Shown: in pieces, positions 18,089 to 27,337 of the stretch
Position numbering within the stretch: the stretch's first letter is position 1
Layout: each line of letters starts with the position of its first letter
Source of the DNA: Firmicutes bacterium UBA1393
GTDB taxonomy: Bacteria > Bacillota > DTU025
Length of the DNA: 32,000 nt
Direction of reading: 5' to 3'
Assembly: GCA_002305255.1 (NCBI GenBank)
Contig: DBQN01000065.1
Coordinates: 2,529 to 34,528, forward strand
The notes under the pieces: model-generated
Database searches by the model: none
The model's input: only the letters and a program-made list of their open reading frames with translations
Told to the model about the DNA's origin: nothing
Made by a program: the position numbers and the translations under genes

Positions 18089-18820
18089 CTAGATCGAGAA
18101 CACTATCTCCATTGACTTGCCTTCGGCCTCCAGGCGGTCTCTGTCAGTGTAGATGGTGGCCTTGTCGCACTTGATGCTCTCGTTGTCTTCACCCTTGATG
18201 GTGACGGCCCCCGACAGCACCACTGACTTGGCGGATGATGAGTACACTGCGTGATCGCACTGAGCCGTCTGGCCGCCCTTGCCGAGTGTCACTTTGCCGT
18301 CAGCCTCGAAATCCTGTGTGGCCGTGGATATCTTCAGTGTGCTGCATGCTAGGGTGATGGTGCTGGTAACGGGCTTGCCGGCAGCGTCTCGTTCCTGCTG
18401 CTCTTCTAACTTTGTGAGACGGACGTTACCCGACATCGTGGCCTCATCGGCCTTCATGTTGATGTTCATGGCGTCGGACGTGAGCCTAACATCGCCCTGC
18501 ACAAGCGTCACACCGCCGGTGAGTAGTGCGGTTCCTGCCGACATGTTCACCGTGGCTTTGTCGGCGGTGATCCGAATATCGTCGTATTCGATGCTCAAAC
18601 CGCCCTCGATGATGGTGTCGCCCTTGGCGCCCTGGTGAGTGAGGCGGCTATCTGCAGTGACCTTAACCGTCTTCGCCGCCGCCGCCGGTAACGACAACAG
18701 CACGCAAGGCATGACGACTGCCAGCGTCAGCGCCAGCACCAGCAGCGCCCTCCTGTAAAACCCTGATCTCACGCTCATCCCTCCGATCCATGCTCTGTGG
18801 CTCTGTGTTGGGTCAGTCAC
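18089..18820 (-). CDS. lptA: LptA/OstA-family periplasmic LPS-transport protein
   Basis: Signal peptide, then ADSRLTHQGAKGDTIIEGGLSIEYDDIRITADKATVNMSAGTALLTGGVTLVQGDVRLTSDAM, an OstA-like beta-jellyroll pattern. GTG start overlaps the lptC stop (GTGA). An internal ATG at 18778 is possible. Confidence 0.85.
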   Translation of the reverse strand: MTDPTQSHRAWIGGMSVRSGFYRRALLVLALTLAVVMPCVLLSLPAAAAKTVKVTADSRLTHQGAKGDTIIEGGLSIEYDDIRITADKATVNMSAGTALLTGGVTLVQGDVRLTSDAMNINMKADEATMSGNVRLTKLEEQQERDAAGKPVTSTITLACSTLKISTATQDFEADGKVTLGKGGQTAQCDHAVYSSSAKSVVLSGAVTIKGEDNESIKCDKATIYTDRDRLEAEGKSMEIVFSI

Positions 18821-19479
18821 TCATCCAACTCGAACTCGATGGTGGTAGGCCCCGAAGACTCAAACGACTCCGTCGTAGGGTCGAACACGATGTTGTCGCC
18901 TGTCACCGTGACTCCTCTCTTCGAGTCGGCCAGCTTCAGCAGCATCTCGCCGGCATAGTGGATCCTGTCGGCCGACACATCAAGCTGCAATGAGTCGACG
19001 GTGGCCTCTCCTGCACCGGTGGTGATGACAGCCTCACCCGGCACCACCGCCTTCGACTCCGCCGGCTTCCATATGACCTGTTCCGTGCGGAGCATTGGCT
19101 TTCCTTCCTGCCAGAACTCGACTCCTCCGATCAGTGCGAGCTCCTCGTTTCGCCTGGTATACCGCCCCTGACCGGCAGTAAACGTGAGGTACGGCGCCCC
19201 GTCGCGCATGATCTCGCCATGGGTGATGCCGTCCATGGTGGTAACATCTCCGCGCCGTCCTGACCGCACCGAGTCGGCCTCGATAACCCATGCGGTCACG
19301 CCGTCGGCAAGCCCCTGAATGGTGGCACCAGAGATGTGGAGCCGTACGTCACCGTCGGAGCCAGAGCGAGTGCCGGCAGATGTGGGCTCGGGCCTGTTAA
19401 GCACGAAGCCGTACAGGTACAGGCCGGCCACGATGGCCAGTGCCGCCGCGACCACTACCTTCACGACACGCGTGCTCAT
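18817..19479 (-). CDS. lptC: LptC-family LPS export protein
   Basis: Single N-terminal TM followed by VRLHISGATIQGLADGVTAWVIEADSV... and GVTVTGDNIVFDPTTESFESSGPTTIEF, plus position between the lptF/G-D fusion and lptA. Confidence 0.85.
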   Translation of the reverse strand: MSTRVVKVVVAAALAIVAGLYLYGFVLNRPEPTSAGTRSGSDGDVRLHISGATIQGLADGVTAWVIEADSVRSGRRGDVTTMDGITHGEIMRDGAPYLTFTAGQGRYTRRNEELALIGGVEFWQEGKPMLRTEQVIWKPAESKAVVPGEAVITTGAGEATVDSLQLDVSADRIHYAGEMLLKLADSKRGVTVTGDNIVFDPTTESFESSGPTTIEFELDE

Positions 19480-19521
19480 AGGCTCCTCCTCCCGATTCTC
19501 TCAGCCGGGCTGCCTCGCCGG

Positions 19522-22500
19522 CTAGTTTGTGAAGATGATTCCGTCTTCGCCCAGTCCGAAACCTAGGGGCATTCCCGGCAGGGCCTTGAGGCGGAACTCC
19601 AGCCATACTCTGCCTGTAGTGTGATCGTACATGAGCGATACTTCGCGGCAGTGCAGGTCTCTGGTCACGCCCACGTTTCCCCTGGTGAAACCGCCTTTCA
19701 CCACGTCGTACACGGCGGCCCACTGCAGCAGCCAATCAGGCGAAAGCCTCAGGTCGGCCGATGTTTCAAGCCGAGACAGCCTTGATGCGGTGAAATCGTA
19801 CGTCGCGCCTGCCTTCACGTTGATCTCTGGCTTGGGCGAAGCCGACACCTTGAACGTGGCTGTGTTGTGGCTTGTCGACGCCGGGTAGAACTTCCCGGTG
19901 GCCTCAAGCGATATTCCCGGCCTCGGCGATGCCGAGGCACTGGCGGTCACGGCCCCGAAGAGGCCTGTCATCATGTCGTACGACGAACCCAGGCTCACCC
20001 TTGCCGGGCCCAGCGTTGATACGAGCGAGGCCGACACGACGCTGGAATCGGTCATCGTATCGAACCTGAATGGAGACTCGCCTGCAACGATAGATCCGGT
20101 GTACCGCACATCGAGACTGAGTCGCTCCGCCGGCGTAAGCTTAGCGCCGGCCGAGAAGGTCGCCCCTGCCCGCCCTGCCGATGCGTAGGAGTAGATGGCA
20201 GCTCGACCAGTGACGCTCGCATTCAGGCTCAGCCAGGGCGCAGGAGTGAGCGTGAGAACAGCGAGCGACAGCTCTGCCTCGCTCTTTGCCGACACGATCT
20301 CCTGCCTGATACCGCTTCGAATCGCATCTTCCTTGTACACTCCGAACAGCACTTTTCCGCCGACTGTCAGTGGCGCGGCGCCTAAGCGAAGCGGTGACAG
20401 GCTTGCCGTGAGCTCCGGTGCTCTTCTCAGCGACCGCCATGGAGGCGGTTGGGCCTCTTCATCATCCTCGTCGTCGCCGTCTTCATCTATGTACACCTGC
20501 TCCTGAAGGAGCGCGGTGTAGCTCAGATTCCCGACTGAAGTTGAAGCAGATGCCCTCAGGTTGATAACGTTCTGTTTCACCACGTCGTTCACGCGGTTGA
20601 GCCGGTAAGATCCATCTGCCACCAACTTGATGATACCGCCAAGCGTCGAAGAGTGCTTCAGCGAGGCAGTGGTGAGCTGAGAGTCGGTGACGGAATCGAC
20701 ATCCTTATGCGACAACGTCATGCTCGTTGACGCGTGGTCGCCGCTGCTCTTGAACGACAGCGTGTAGGTGTTGTCTTCAGAAGGCGTCCCGGCCTGTACG
20801 TAGTCACGGTAGGCATAGCTCGCGGCTGCGGAAGGACCGTCTCTGATCTCGCCGTCGATGGCAAGCTTCAGACTGGTGTCGACAGAAGCCGTCGATCTGT
20901 TGAACAGCTCATAAGCTGACAGGTTCAGATTGTAGTTGCCGGGCGCGTATGTGTGGTCGATGCCCAGCCCAGGCCCGAGAAGTTGAAAGTAGTCGAGGCG
21001 TATCTTGCCCCTCGATTCCGGACTGACGGTGTAGTTGGTCTCGGTGCGTACGTACCAGCCCTCCAGCGCGCTCCAGCCGACCTTGGGCATGGAGAGACCT
21101 TCGCCCTCTTTGAGGGGAATGGTCAGCTTGGGCAGGCGGAGGAGCCTCAAACTGCCCTCGTAGTACGAGACCCCGTACAGCACCACTCTGTCGTCAACGT
21201 ATAGGTCAAGCGACTCCACCGACAGCCGATAGTGCGGTTTCTCCAGCTCGCACGATGTGACGCTCGCATCCTCAAGGTGCAGCACATCGCCTTCCCGCGA
21301 AAGCTCTGTGCCTGCGACATAGAGAAAGCCCTCTACCTGATCGAGCTTGAGCTTCGCACGGGCACCGCCTACCGTCACATCGCCCGTGTCGATGTTGACC
21401 TCTGCTGACTCGCCGGCAAGCTCCTCCTGCCCCTCTGTGATGACCACGGCGCCCACGAACAATGCGGTCTTGGCCTTCACATCGATCTCTGCCCTGTCGG
21501 CCTTGATGACTGTATCATCGAAGGATACCTGCACGCCACCGCTGGCAGTCCAGAGCCCTGACTCCCCGTCGTACACTATCTGCTCGGCGGTAACATGGAA
21601 CGGCTTGCCGCCGGCGGCCTGCGCCGAGACGGGCACAGCCAAACCCAGCAGAAGCATAGCCACGAGCAAGAGCGCCATGGCCGATGGAGGCGTGGGGGGC
21701 GTCGGTGGTGTGGGGGGTGCCGGGCGCCGACGGCCGCGCCGGGGCCTCCGGAGTCCATCCACCCTCGCGATCAGCACCGCCCCCACGCTGGCCAGTGCGA
21801 TGTTGGGAAGCCACGCGGCAACAAGGGGAGGAAGTATCCCTTCCACGCCAATCGACTTGCTCACCGCTGAGATCACGTAATAGCCGAGGGCCAGCAGCGA
21901 GGCCGCGATAACGCCGAAGTAACCTCCCGCGCTCCGTGGCGACTTGGTGATTAATGGCGCACCGACCATCGCGAGCACCAGTGCGGCCAGCGGCTGCGCA
22001 CCTCTGACGTGGTAGTGGACCTCAAGTCCGCTGACACGGGTGCCGCTCCTCTGGAACAAGTCGATGGTCTGTTTCAGCTCGGCCCTAGTCATCTCGGAGG
22101 CTTCCTTCTGGCTGGAACTGAAACCCTGCATGGTAGAGTCCATGTCGACATTCAACTCGTCGAACGCGATGACCATGGTTACTCGACCCAACCGGTCTAG
22201 CTCGTGGATGCGTCCGTTCTCCAGCACCCACGTGCCCTCATCGATTCGGCCCTTTGCGGCAGTGAGCAGGCGCGGGAACGGCGCAGCCTCTGTCTCATAG
22301 ATCATGACCCGCTCGATGACGCCCGCGTCACGGTTCACATGGCCTACGTAGAAGAACCGCTCACCGGGAGCGCGGAAGAATATGTCCTGCTCCACTGCGG
22401 GCATTGACTCACCGTAGACTATCTCTCTCAAGATCCTCTGAGACTGGTGGTTGGCCCATGGGACGATGTTCTCGCTGAGCAAGTACAACCCACCGCTGGC

Positions 22501-22827
22501 AACGGTGGCCAGCGCCAGGAGAGGCAGTATCAGACGCGCGAACGCCACGCCGGCTGCCCTAATGGTAGAGAGCTCAGAGTCTTTGGCGAGGCGCCCCAGG
22601 CAAAGCATCACAGCGAACAGGACCGCGATGGGACCCGCATCTAGAACGATGCCCGGCAGACTGTAAGCGAGCATACGCACTACAGCCAGCACGGGCACGT
22701 CTCTCTGCACTATGAAGTCTACCAGCATGAACAGCTGGCCGCTGAGGACAATGATGATGAATGCCGCGATACACATGGCGAGAGGCGCAATGAACTCACG
22801 CACCACATACCTGTCGAGGATCCTCAT
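19522..22827 (-). CDS. Fusion: LptF/LptG (YjgP/YjgQ) permease (about residues 1-383) + internal signal peptide + LptD-like OM translocon (about residues 384-1101)
   Basis: One uninterrupted 1101-codon ORF. N-term ILDRYVVREFIAPLAMCIAAFIIIVLSGQLFMLVDFI...GLEVHYHVRGAQPLAALVLAMVGAPLITKSPRSAGGYFG is LptF/G-like. C-term FHVTAEQIVYDGESGLWTASGGVQV... then a long barrel with DASVTSCELEKPHYRLSVESLDLY and RDLHCREVSLMYDH is LptD-like. Confidence 0.88.
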   Translation of the reverse strand: MRILDRYVVREFIAPLAMCIAAFIIIVLSGQLFMLVDFIVQRDVPVLAVVRMLAYSLPGIVLDAGPIAVLFAVMLCLGRLAKDSELSTIRAAGVAFARLILPLLALATVASGGLYLLSENIVPWANHQSQRILREIVYGESMPAVEQDIFFRAPGERFFYVGHVNRDAGVIERVMIYETEAAPFPRLLTAAKGRIDEGTWVLENGRIHELDRLGRVTMVIAFDELNVDMDSTMQGFSSSQKEASEMTRAELKQTIDLFQRSGTRVSGLEVHYHVRGAQPLAALVLAMVGAPLITKSPRSAGGYFGVIAASLLALGYYVISAVSKSIGVEGILPPLVAAWLPNIALASVGAVLIARVDGLRRPRRGRRRPAPPTPPTPPTPPSAMALLLVAMLLLGLAVPVSAQAAGGKPFHVTAEQIVYDGESGLWTASGGVQVSFDDTVIKADRAEIDVKAKTALFVGAVVITEGQEELAGESAEVNIDTGDVTVGGARAKLKLDQVEGFLYVAGTELSREGDVLHLEDASVTSCELEKPHYRLSVESLDLYVDDRVVLYGVSYYEGSLRLLRLPKLTIPLKEGEGLSMPKVGWSALEGWYVRTETNYTVSPESRGKIRLDYFQLLGPGLGIDHTYAPGNYNLNLSAYELFNRSTASVDTSLKLAIDGEIRDGPSAAASYAYRDYVQAGTPSEDNTYTLSFKSSGDHASTSMTLSHKDVDSVTDSQLTTASLKHSSTLGGIIKLVADGSYRLNRVNDVVKQNVINLRASASTSVGNLSYTALLQEQVYIDEDGDDEDDEEAQPPPWRSLRRAPELTASLSPLRLGAAPLTVGGKVLFGVYKEDAIRSGIRQEIVSAKSEAELSLAVLTLTPAPWLSLNASVTGRAAIYSYASAGRAGATFSAGAKLTPAERLSLDVRYTGSIVAGESPFRFDTMTDSSVVSASLVSTLGPARVSLGSSYDMMTGLFGAVTASASASPRPGISLEATGKFYPASTSHNTATFKVSASPKPEINVKAGATYDFTASRLSRLETSADLRLSPDWLLQWAAVYDVVKGGFTRGNVGVTRDLHCREVSLMYDHTTGRVWLEFRLKALPGMPLGFGLGEDGIIFTN

Positions 22828-22864
22828 CGCGCCATCCCCCGTGAACGCCTTACGACACGCGCTC

Positions 22865-23329
22865 TTACTTGACTCCGCCCTTCTTCAGCACGGCATCTGT
22901 CATATCGATTCCGCCGAGGTGAACTACGCTATCATCAATGACAACGGTCACTCCCTTTTCCTTGGCGACCGCTGCGATGGCAGCCTCAAGGGCCTTCTGG
23001 GCGGGATCGAGCTGAGTCTTGGCATAGTCATTGTACTTCTTGTTGTACTGCTCCAGCAGAGCGGCCTGAGCCTCTTCATCCTGCCCAGTCGCCTTCGAGT
23101 TCAGTTCCTTCTCGAGGGTGGCCTTCTGCTTGGCGATATTCTCCCAGGCAGTCTTCATTGCGGGGAACTCCTGCCCCAATCTGGAGCCGCTGAGCTTTCC
23201 GATTACGACAGGTTCACCGGCCGCATTGAGTACTGCAAGGTTGCTTATTCCCAATCCGATTCCCACCAAGAGAGAACAGATGAAGAGCGTCAGTATGGCC
23301 TTGGGCAGTTTCCTAAGCATCAAAGTCAT
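22865..23329 (-). CDS. skp: Skp/OmpH family periplasmic chaperone
   Basis: TM/signal region, MKTAWENIAKQKATLEKELNSKATGQDEEAQAALLEQYNKKYNDYAKTQLDPAQKALEAAIAAVAKEKGVTVVIDDSVVHLGGIDMTDAVLKK, an OmpH-like pattern. Adjacent to bamA. Start may be ATG at 23320. Confidence 0.85.
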   Translation of the reverse strand: MTLMLRKLPKAILTLFICSLLVGIGLGISNLAVLNAAGEPVVIGKLSGSRLGQEFPAMKTAWENIAKQKATLEKELNSKATGQDEEAQAALLEQYNKKYNDYAKTQLDPAQKALEAAIAAVAKEKGVTVVIDDSVVHLGGIDMTDAVLKKGGVK

Positions 23330-23372
23330 CCTTTCTTACATGCCAGTCAAGCAATTGATAGGGTACCGTCGT

Positions 23373-23378
23373 ATTATA
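23373..23378 (-). promoter_or_regulatory. Perfect TATAAT -10 box upstream of skp/ompH
   Basis: Minus strand GGTGTTGTATAATACGACGG in the 140-bp bamA-skp intergenic region; weak -35. Confidence 0.35.
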
Positions 23379-23469
23379 CAACACCACTCCAACAGTGGCT
23401 AGGGCACCTGCGATCAGCCTGCCAACGGTCAGCCGTTCTGTTCAGCCCACACCGGGCTGGGTGGCCGCA

Positions 23470-25194
23470 CTAGAAGGTTTGGCCGAAGCTGAAGTAGAGC
23501 TGGCCGCCTTGCTTGCTGATACCATAGTCCACCCTGATGGTGCCTAGCACAGGCACGTTCAGACGGACTCCGACGCCATAGCCGATCTTGGTGTTCTTGA
23601 TGTCGAGCGACTCACCGGCGTTCCAGGCCTGCCCGGCATCGACGAAAGCCACGCCCTGCAGGCTGTCGATGATCCTGAATCTGTACTCGGCGTTGGCATA
23701 TGCCATCCTGTCGCCTTCGAGATCACCGTACTTGTAGCCGCGAACGGTTTCCGCCCCGCCGAGGATGAACCTCTCCTGCTCGGGAAGGGGCGTCAGTCCC
23801 CATCCTCCACTCACCCTGCCGGCCAGCACGTGGCCATCGTGAATCTGGACATATCCTGCGCCTTCGGCCTGAACCTTGGTGAAGCTGTAGTCGCCTCCGA
23901 GGATTCCACCGGCATACTCAATGGATCCCGAAAGCCTATGCCCATCGGATGGGTTCCACAGGTCGTTTCTGGCGTCGTTCACTGCCGACAGCGTGATTGA
24001 ACGGGTGATGCCGCCTGCCGGCAAGCCTTCGGGTCCCGCAGGATCTGACGTGGTGTTCACCACGTTGTCCATCTTCAGCTTGAGGAACACCTTGGTGTTC
24101 AGCGACAGGCTGGTGCCGAGGCTCACGTCAGCGCCTGTGCGCCTCTGCGAATACGGTATGGTGACCGGATCCTCGCCCTCGCCACCCTCTGACTCAGGCG
24201 TGTATTTCTTGTCAGCAGTCTTGTTATACAGATTGAGGCCGAGGGACATCTTGCCCGTCTTGCCCAGCCAGGGTTCGAAGAAGCCCAGCTCATAGTTGGC
24301 CTTGCCCCAGCCGAACTCGGCCTTGGCATTGATCCTCTGTGCGTTGCCGAGGAAGTTCTCATCTCCTAGCTCCAGATAGCCCATGATGCCAGTTGAGGAG
24401 CTATAGCTGAGGTTGATGTTGGCGACACCGGTCTTCCTCTCGGTGAAAATGTAAGTGACCGTGAACTCAGGCTTGCCTGCCACGGGCTCAACCTTTGCCT
24501 GCACGTCCTCGAAGGCACCCAGCATGTACAGGGCACGGCGGTCGTTGTTTATCTTGGCGACATCGATGAACTCGCCTTCCTTAAGGGATATGGAGCGCCT
24601 GGCCACAGCAGGCTTGGTCTTGCCCAGTCCTTCGAGCTTAATCTCTGACACCGTCCACTCCACAAGGTGTACGGCAAGCTCTGCGTCTCCCTGCAGGGAT
24701 GGCTCAATGCTCACCCAGTAGCCCTTGTCGCTGTAGAGCTTCGAGATCTTCTCAAGATCAGACCTGAGTGTGGCTGCGTTAAGCTGCTCACCGGCTCGGG
24801 TTGTCATGAGTGCAGCAAGCTCATCGGTGGGAATCAGCTGATTGCCGGCAATGCTCACACTCTTCAGCACGGGAAACTCCCTTACCACGAAGATGAGTTT
24901 GAGTCCCCCGAGATACTGAACGGTGTTAGCATTCAAGTCGGAGAACCAGCCCATGCTGTCGAGTCTTGCGAAGGTCTCGTTGACGGCCTCTTCGGTTATG
25001 TCGTCACCGATCTTCAATGTGACTTGCTTGAGAATAGTCTCGCTATCGATCCTGCTGTTGCCTTGCACCTCGACGGCAGTAAGCTTGCCCAACGACTTCG
25101 ATTGGGCGGCCAGCGCGGGAACAGCGGCTAGTGTGACGGCCATGGCGACCATAACAACGATGCTGCAAACCTTCCTGGCGCAGAATGAGTTCAT
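23470..25194 (-). CDS. bamA: BamA/Omp85 outer-membrane assembly factor
   Basis: Signal peptide; apparent three POTRA segments; RFILGGAETVRGYKYGDLEGD (Omp85 RG-Y/F motif); C-terminal GGQLYFSFGQTF. RBS GGGAGGGAG before ATG at 25194. Confidence 0.93.
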   Translation of the reverse strand: MNSFCARKVCSIVVMVAMAVTLAAVPALAAQSKSLGKLTAVEVQGNSRIDSETILKQVTLKIGDDITEEAVNETFARLDSMGWFSDLNANTVQYLGGLKLIFVVREFPVLKSVSIAGNQLIPTDELAALMTTRAGEQLNAATLRSDLEKISKLYSDKGYWVSIEPSLQGDAELAVHLVEWTVSEIKLEGLGKTKPAVARRSISLKEGEFIDVAKINNDRRALYMLGAFEDVQAKVEPVAGKPEFTVTYIFTERKTGVANINLSYSSSTGIMGYLELGDENFLGNAQRINAKAEFGWGKANYELGFFEPWLGKTGKMSLGLNLYNKTADKKYTPESEGGEGEDPVTIPYSQRRTGADVSLGTSLSLNTKVFLKLKMDNVVNTTSDPAGPEGLPAGGITRSITLSAVNDARNDLWNPSDGHRLSGSIEYAGGILGGDYSFTKVQAEGAGYVQIHDGHVLAGRVSGGWGLTPLPEQERFILGGAETVRGYKYGDLEGDRMAYANAEYRFRIIDSLQGVAFVDAGQAWNAGESLDIKNTKIGYGVGVRLNVPVLGTIRVDYGISKQGGQLYFSFGQTF

Positions 25195-25286
25195 CAGTCT
25201 CCCTCCCATGATTGGCCCCAACCGCCGCATATCACAGCGTACAGAGGCGCTGATCGGCAAAATGATTGTCCACAAGCATTCCGTGT

Positions 25287-27221
25287 TTAGTTCGCTTCCG
25301 GTGAGTTGGTTCCTGCCATTGCCCGCGGACCCCGCGGAGCCGAGTCTAGCCAGGCTGCGATCTGATCCAGAATATACTGACGCACGCGCGAGCCGATTAG
25401 TTTCACGAGCATGTCACCGCTTTGAGGAATATCGGCGCCGGGCATCACCGCATCCTCAAGCTGCAGCTCAATGTCACCCAGTACGCCACGGGCCGTGAGG
25501 AGGACATCGTCACCCTCCACATGCTCGGCCAGGGTCAGGGCGAACTCAGGCTCCACGCCCGGCTCAAGCAGCGCCTGCCCGCTAACCACCGCAAATGTCT
25601 GGCCCGACACGAACAGCTCGCCTGCACCCAGGCCGATTCTGCCGCTGAACACGGGCTTTTTGAGGCTCCCGAGAACGCGAACCTCCGATCCTGCGTCGAT
25701 GCGAGCCCACGATTCCTCTCGCACAACCGTAAGCCCCTCTCCCATCCCGACCGTGAGGTCAACGGCGAGGTCGGGGATGTTGGGTACCGCGGAGAAGCCC
25801 GCAGTCACTGCGTCTATCGCGCCCTCAGCCAGCGTCACCCTGCCCGAGAGCTTTCCATCGGAGTAGCCGACATCTGCGTCGAGTCTCGCTTTCACCACCT
25901 GGTGGACAAGGTCAACATCGTCGGCCACCAGCCGCAACTCGTCGGGCCGCCCCTCCAGGTGCACAGAACCATTGGAGAACTCCGCACTGAGGTCGACGCG
26001 TCCGAGGCTTGTCCGCCCGCTAGAGACGGCATATGACAGATCCGCCGTACCGCGAACTCCGGTGAACTGACCGTCGAAGTCATCGAGGAGATCCGCAGTT
26101 ATCTCACCGTCTGTGAGTCGCACAGAGCCAACCGCACCGCGCCGATCAGCGCGGAGGTGTAGGTTCCAGTTGATCCATCCGTGTGCCTTCGATGCCCACT
26201 CCACGATCTGGTTCGCCGCAGGTGAAGCCGCAAGGGTGTTGAGAACGCGGTCTAGGTCGGTGCGGCCGCCACGCACGACTGCTGTGGCCGCCCCATCCGT
26301 GTAGTCGACATCGGCGCCCATGGTCCAGTCTCTCACCGACACCGAACCCCAGTCTAGCTCGGCGATCTTGACCTCGCCTGTAGCCTTAACTTGAGGCTTG
26401 CCCTCGTGAAGAGCAGCCTCGAGCTCTCCGGCGAACTCGATCTCCGCCTTGCCGTCGGGCGAGGTGGCACGCAACCTGAGCTGGTCGGCAGCCATCGCGT
26501 CAAGTGAAAGCCTACCGCCGAGTTCCAGATCATCGACGAGCCAAGCTCGGAAGTCTATCGATGCCACGGAGACTGCCCGCGAGTCAAGTGGAGCCGACAG
26601 GTCGATAAGGGCCGAACCTGCGAGACTGACACTCTCAAGGGCGACATCGGCACCCTCAACGTACAACGTATCCCCGTCCAGCCTGATCTCGGCTCGGCTG
26701 ATTCTCAGAGGGCCCGCACCGTCTGTCACGATGACGCAGTCAATCAGGCCGACAGGCGCCCTCGGGCCGCCTTCGGAGGCCGCCGAGGTCGCGCCCGCCC
26801 TGCCGTTGGGCCTGGTGGCCTTGGAGTCGCCCCTAGGCTTCGCCCGGCCGCGCAAGATGGACTCTGCTAATTCGGTAAGCTGCGATTGGCTGCCCCTCAA
26901 TCCAAGAAGGTCGATCCGAACAACGCTGGCCAACGGATCGACCCGTCGGGCAAGGAGATCTGCAAGGTCATACGTGACGACGGCCTCCTCGATACTGAGC
27001 CCGCCGTCGATGACGACATCTTTCAGTTTCAGCTGCCTTCCCTCGACTATGGCAACATCTGTCACGCTCACGGGCACACCACCCAGAAGCGTCGAAAGCA
27101 CTGACTCAGCTGCCACTGAGCCGAGCCATGCCCTATTGGTCACGACAAACGCCCCGGCCGCAACGGCGAGCAGGAGCAGTACTATCCATACGACAAGGGA
27201 GCGCTTCAAGAGCATCACCAT
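25287..27221 (-). CDS. tamB: Short TamB/AsmA-like (DUF490) translocation protein
   Basis: N-terminal TM (SLVVWIVLLLLAVAAGAFVV); repeated beta-rich AsmA-like segments; C-terminal RIGLGAGELFVSGQTFAVVSGQALLEPGVEPEFALTLAEHVEGDDVLLTARGVLGDIELQLED, the TamB C-terminal pattern. Start uncertain. Confidence 0.8.
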   Translation of the reverse strand: MVMLLKRSLVVWIVLLLLAVAAGAFVVTNRAWLGSVAAESVLSTLLGGVPVSVTDVAIVEGRQLKLKDVVIDGGLSIEEAVVTYDLADLLARRVDPLASVVRIDLLGLRGSQSQLTELAESILRGRAKPRGDSKATRPNGRAGATSAASEGGPRAPVGLIDCVIVTDGAGPLRISRAEIRLDGDTLYVEGADVALESVSLAGSALIDLSAPLDSRAVSVASIDFRAWLVDDLELGGRLSLDAMAADQLRLRATSPDGKAEIEFAGELEAALHEGKPQVKATGEVKIAELDWGSVSVRDWTMGADVDYTDGAATAVVRGGRTDLDRVLNTLAASPAANQIVEWASKAHGWINWNLHLRADRRGAVGSVRLTDGEITADLLDDFDGQFTGVRGTADLSYAVSSGRTSLGRVDLSAEFSNGSVHLEGRPDELRLVADDVDLVHQVVKARLDADVGYSDGKLSGRVTLAEGAIDAVTAGFSAVPNIPDLAVDLTVGMGEGLTVVREESWARIDAGSEVRVLGSLKKPVFSGRIGLGAGELFVSGQTFAVVSGQALLEPGVEPEFALTLAEHVEGDDVLLTARGVLGDIELQLEDAVMPGADIPQSGDMLVKLIGSRVRQYILDQIAAWLDSAPRGPRAMAGTNSPEAN

Positions 27222-27337
27222 GATGCCTAATACGCGATGACTAACAACATCCCTGCTTGCGTATGGAAGTGAAATGGATGCATTGCGGGTATACACTGGT
27301 AAGACTGGCCATTCAGGCTATGCCATGACTCCACTCT

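Noticed and set aside
23390-23469. Possible terminator hairpin CAGCCC-ACACC-GGGCTG after bamA
   Set aside because: Only a 6-bp stem with no T-tract on the minus strand; insufficient to call.
22712-23473. 253-aa plus-strand ORF spanning skp and the intergenic region
   Set aside because: Antisense to skp and the start of the fusion gene; no motif support.
25892-27240. Plus-strand ORFs of 63 and 263 aa, and other overlapping frames opposite tamB
   Set aside because: Shadow ORFs rich in Ser/Thr/Arg/Pro, typical of antisense frames in high-GC DNA.
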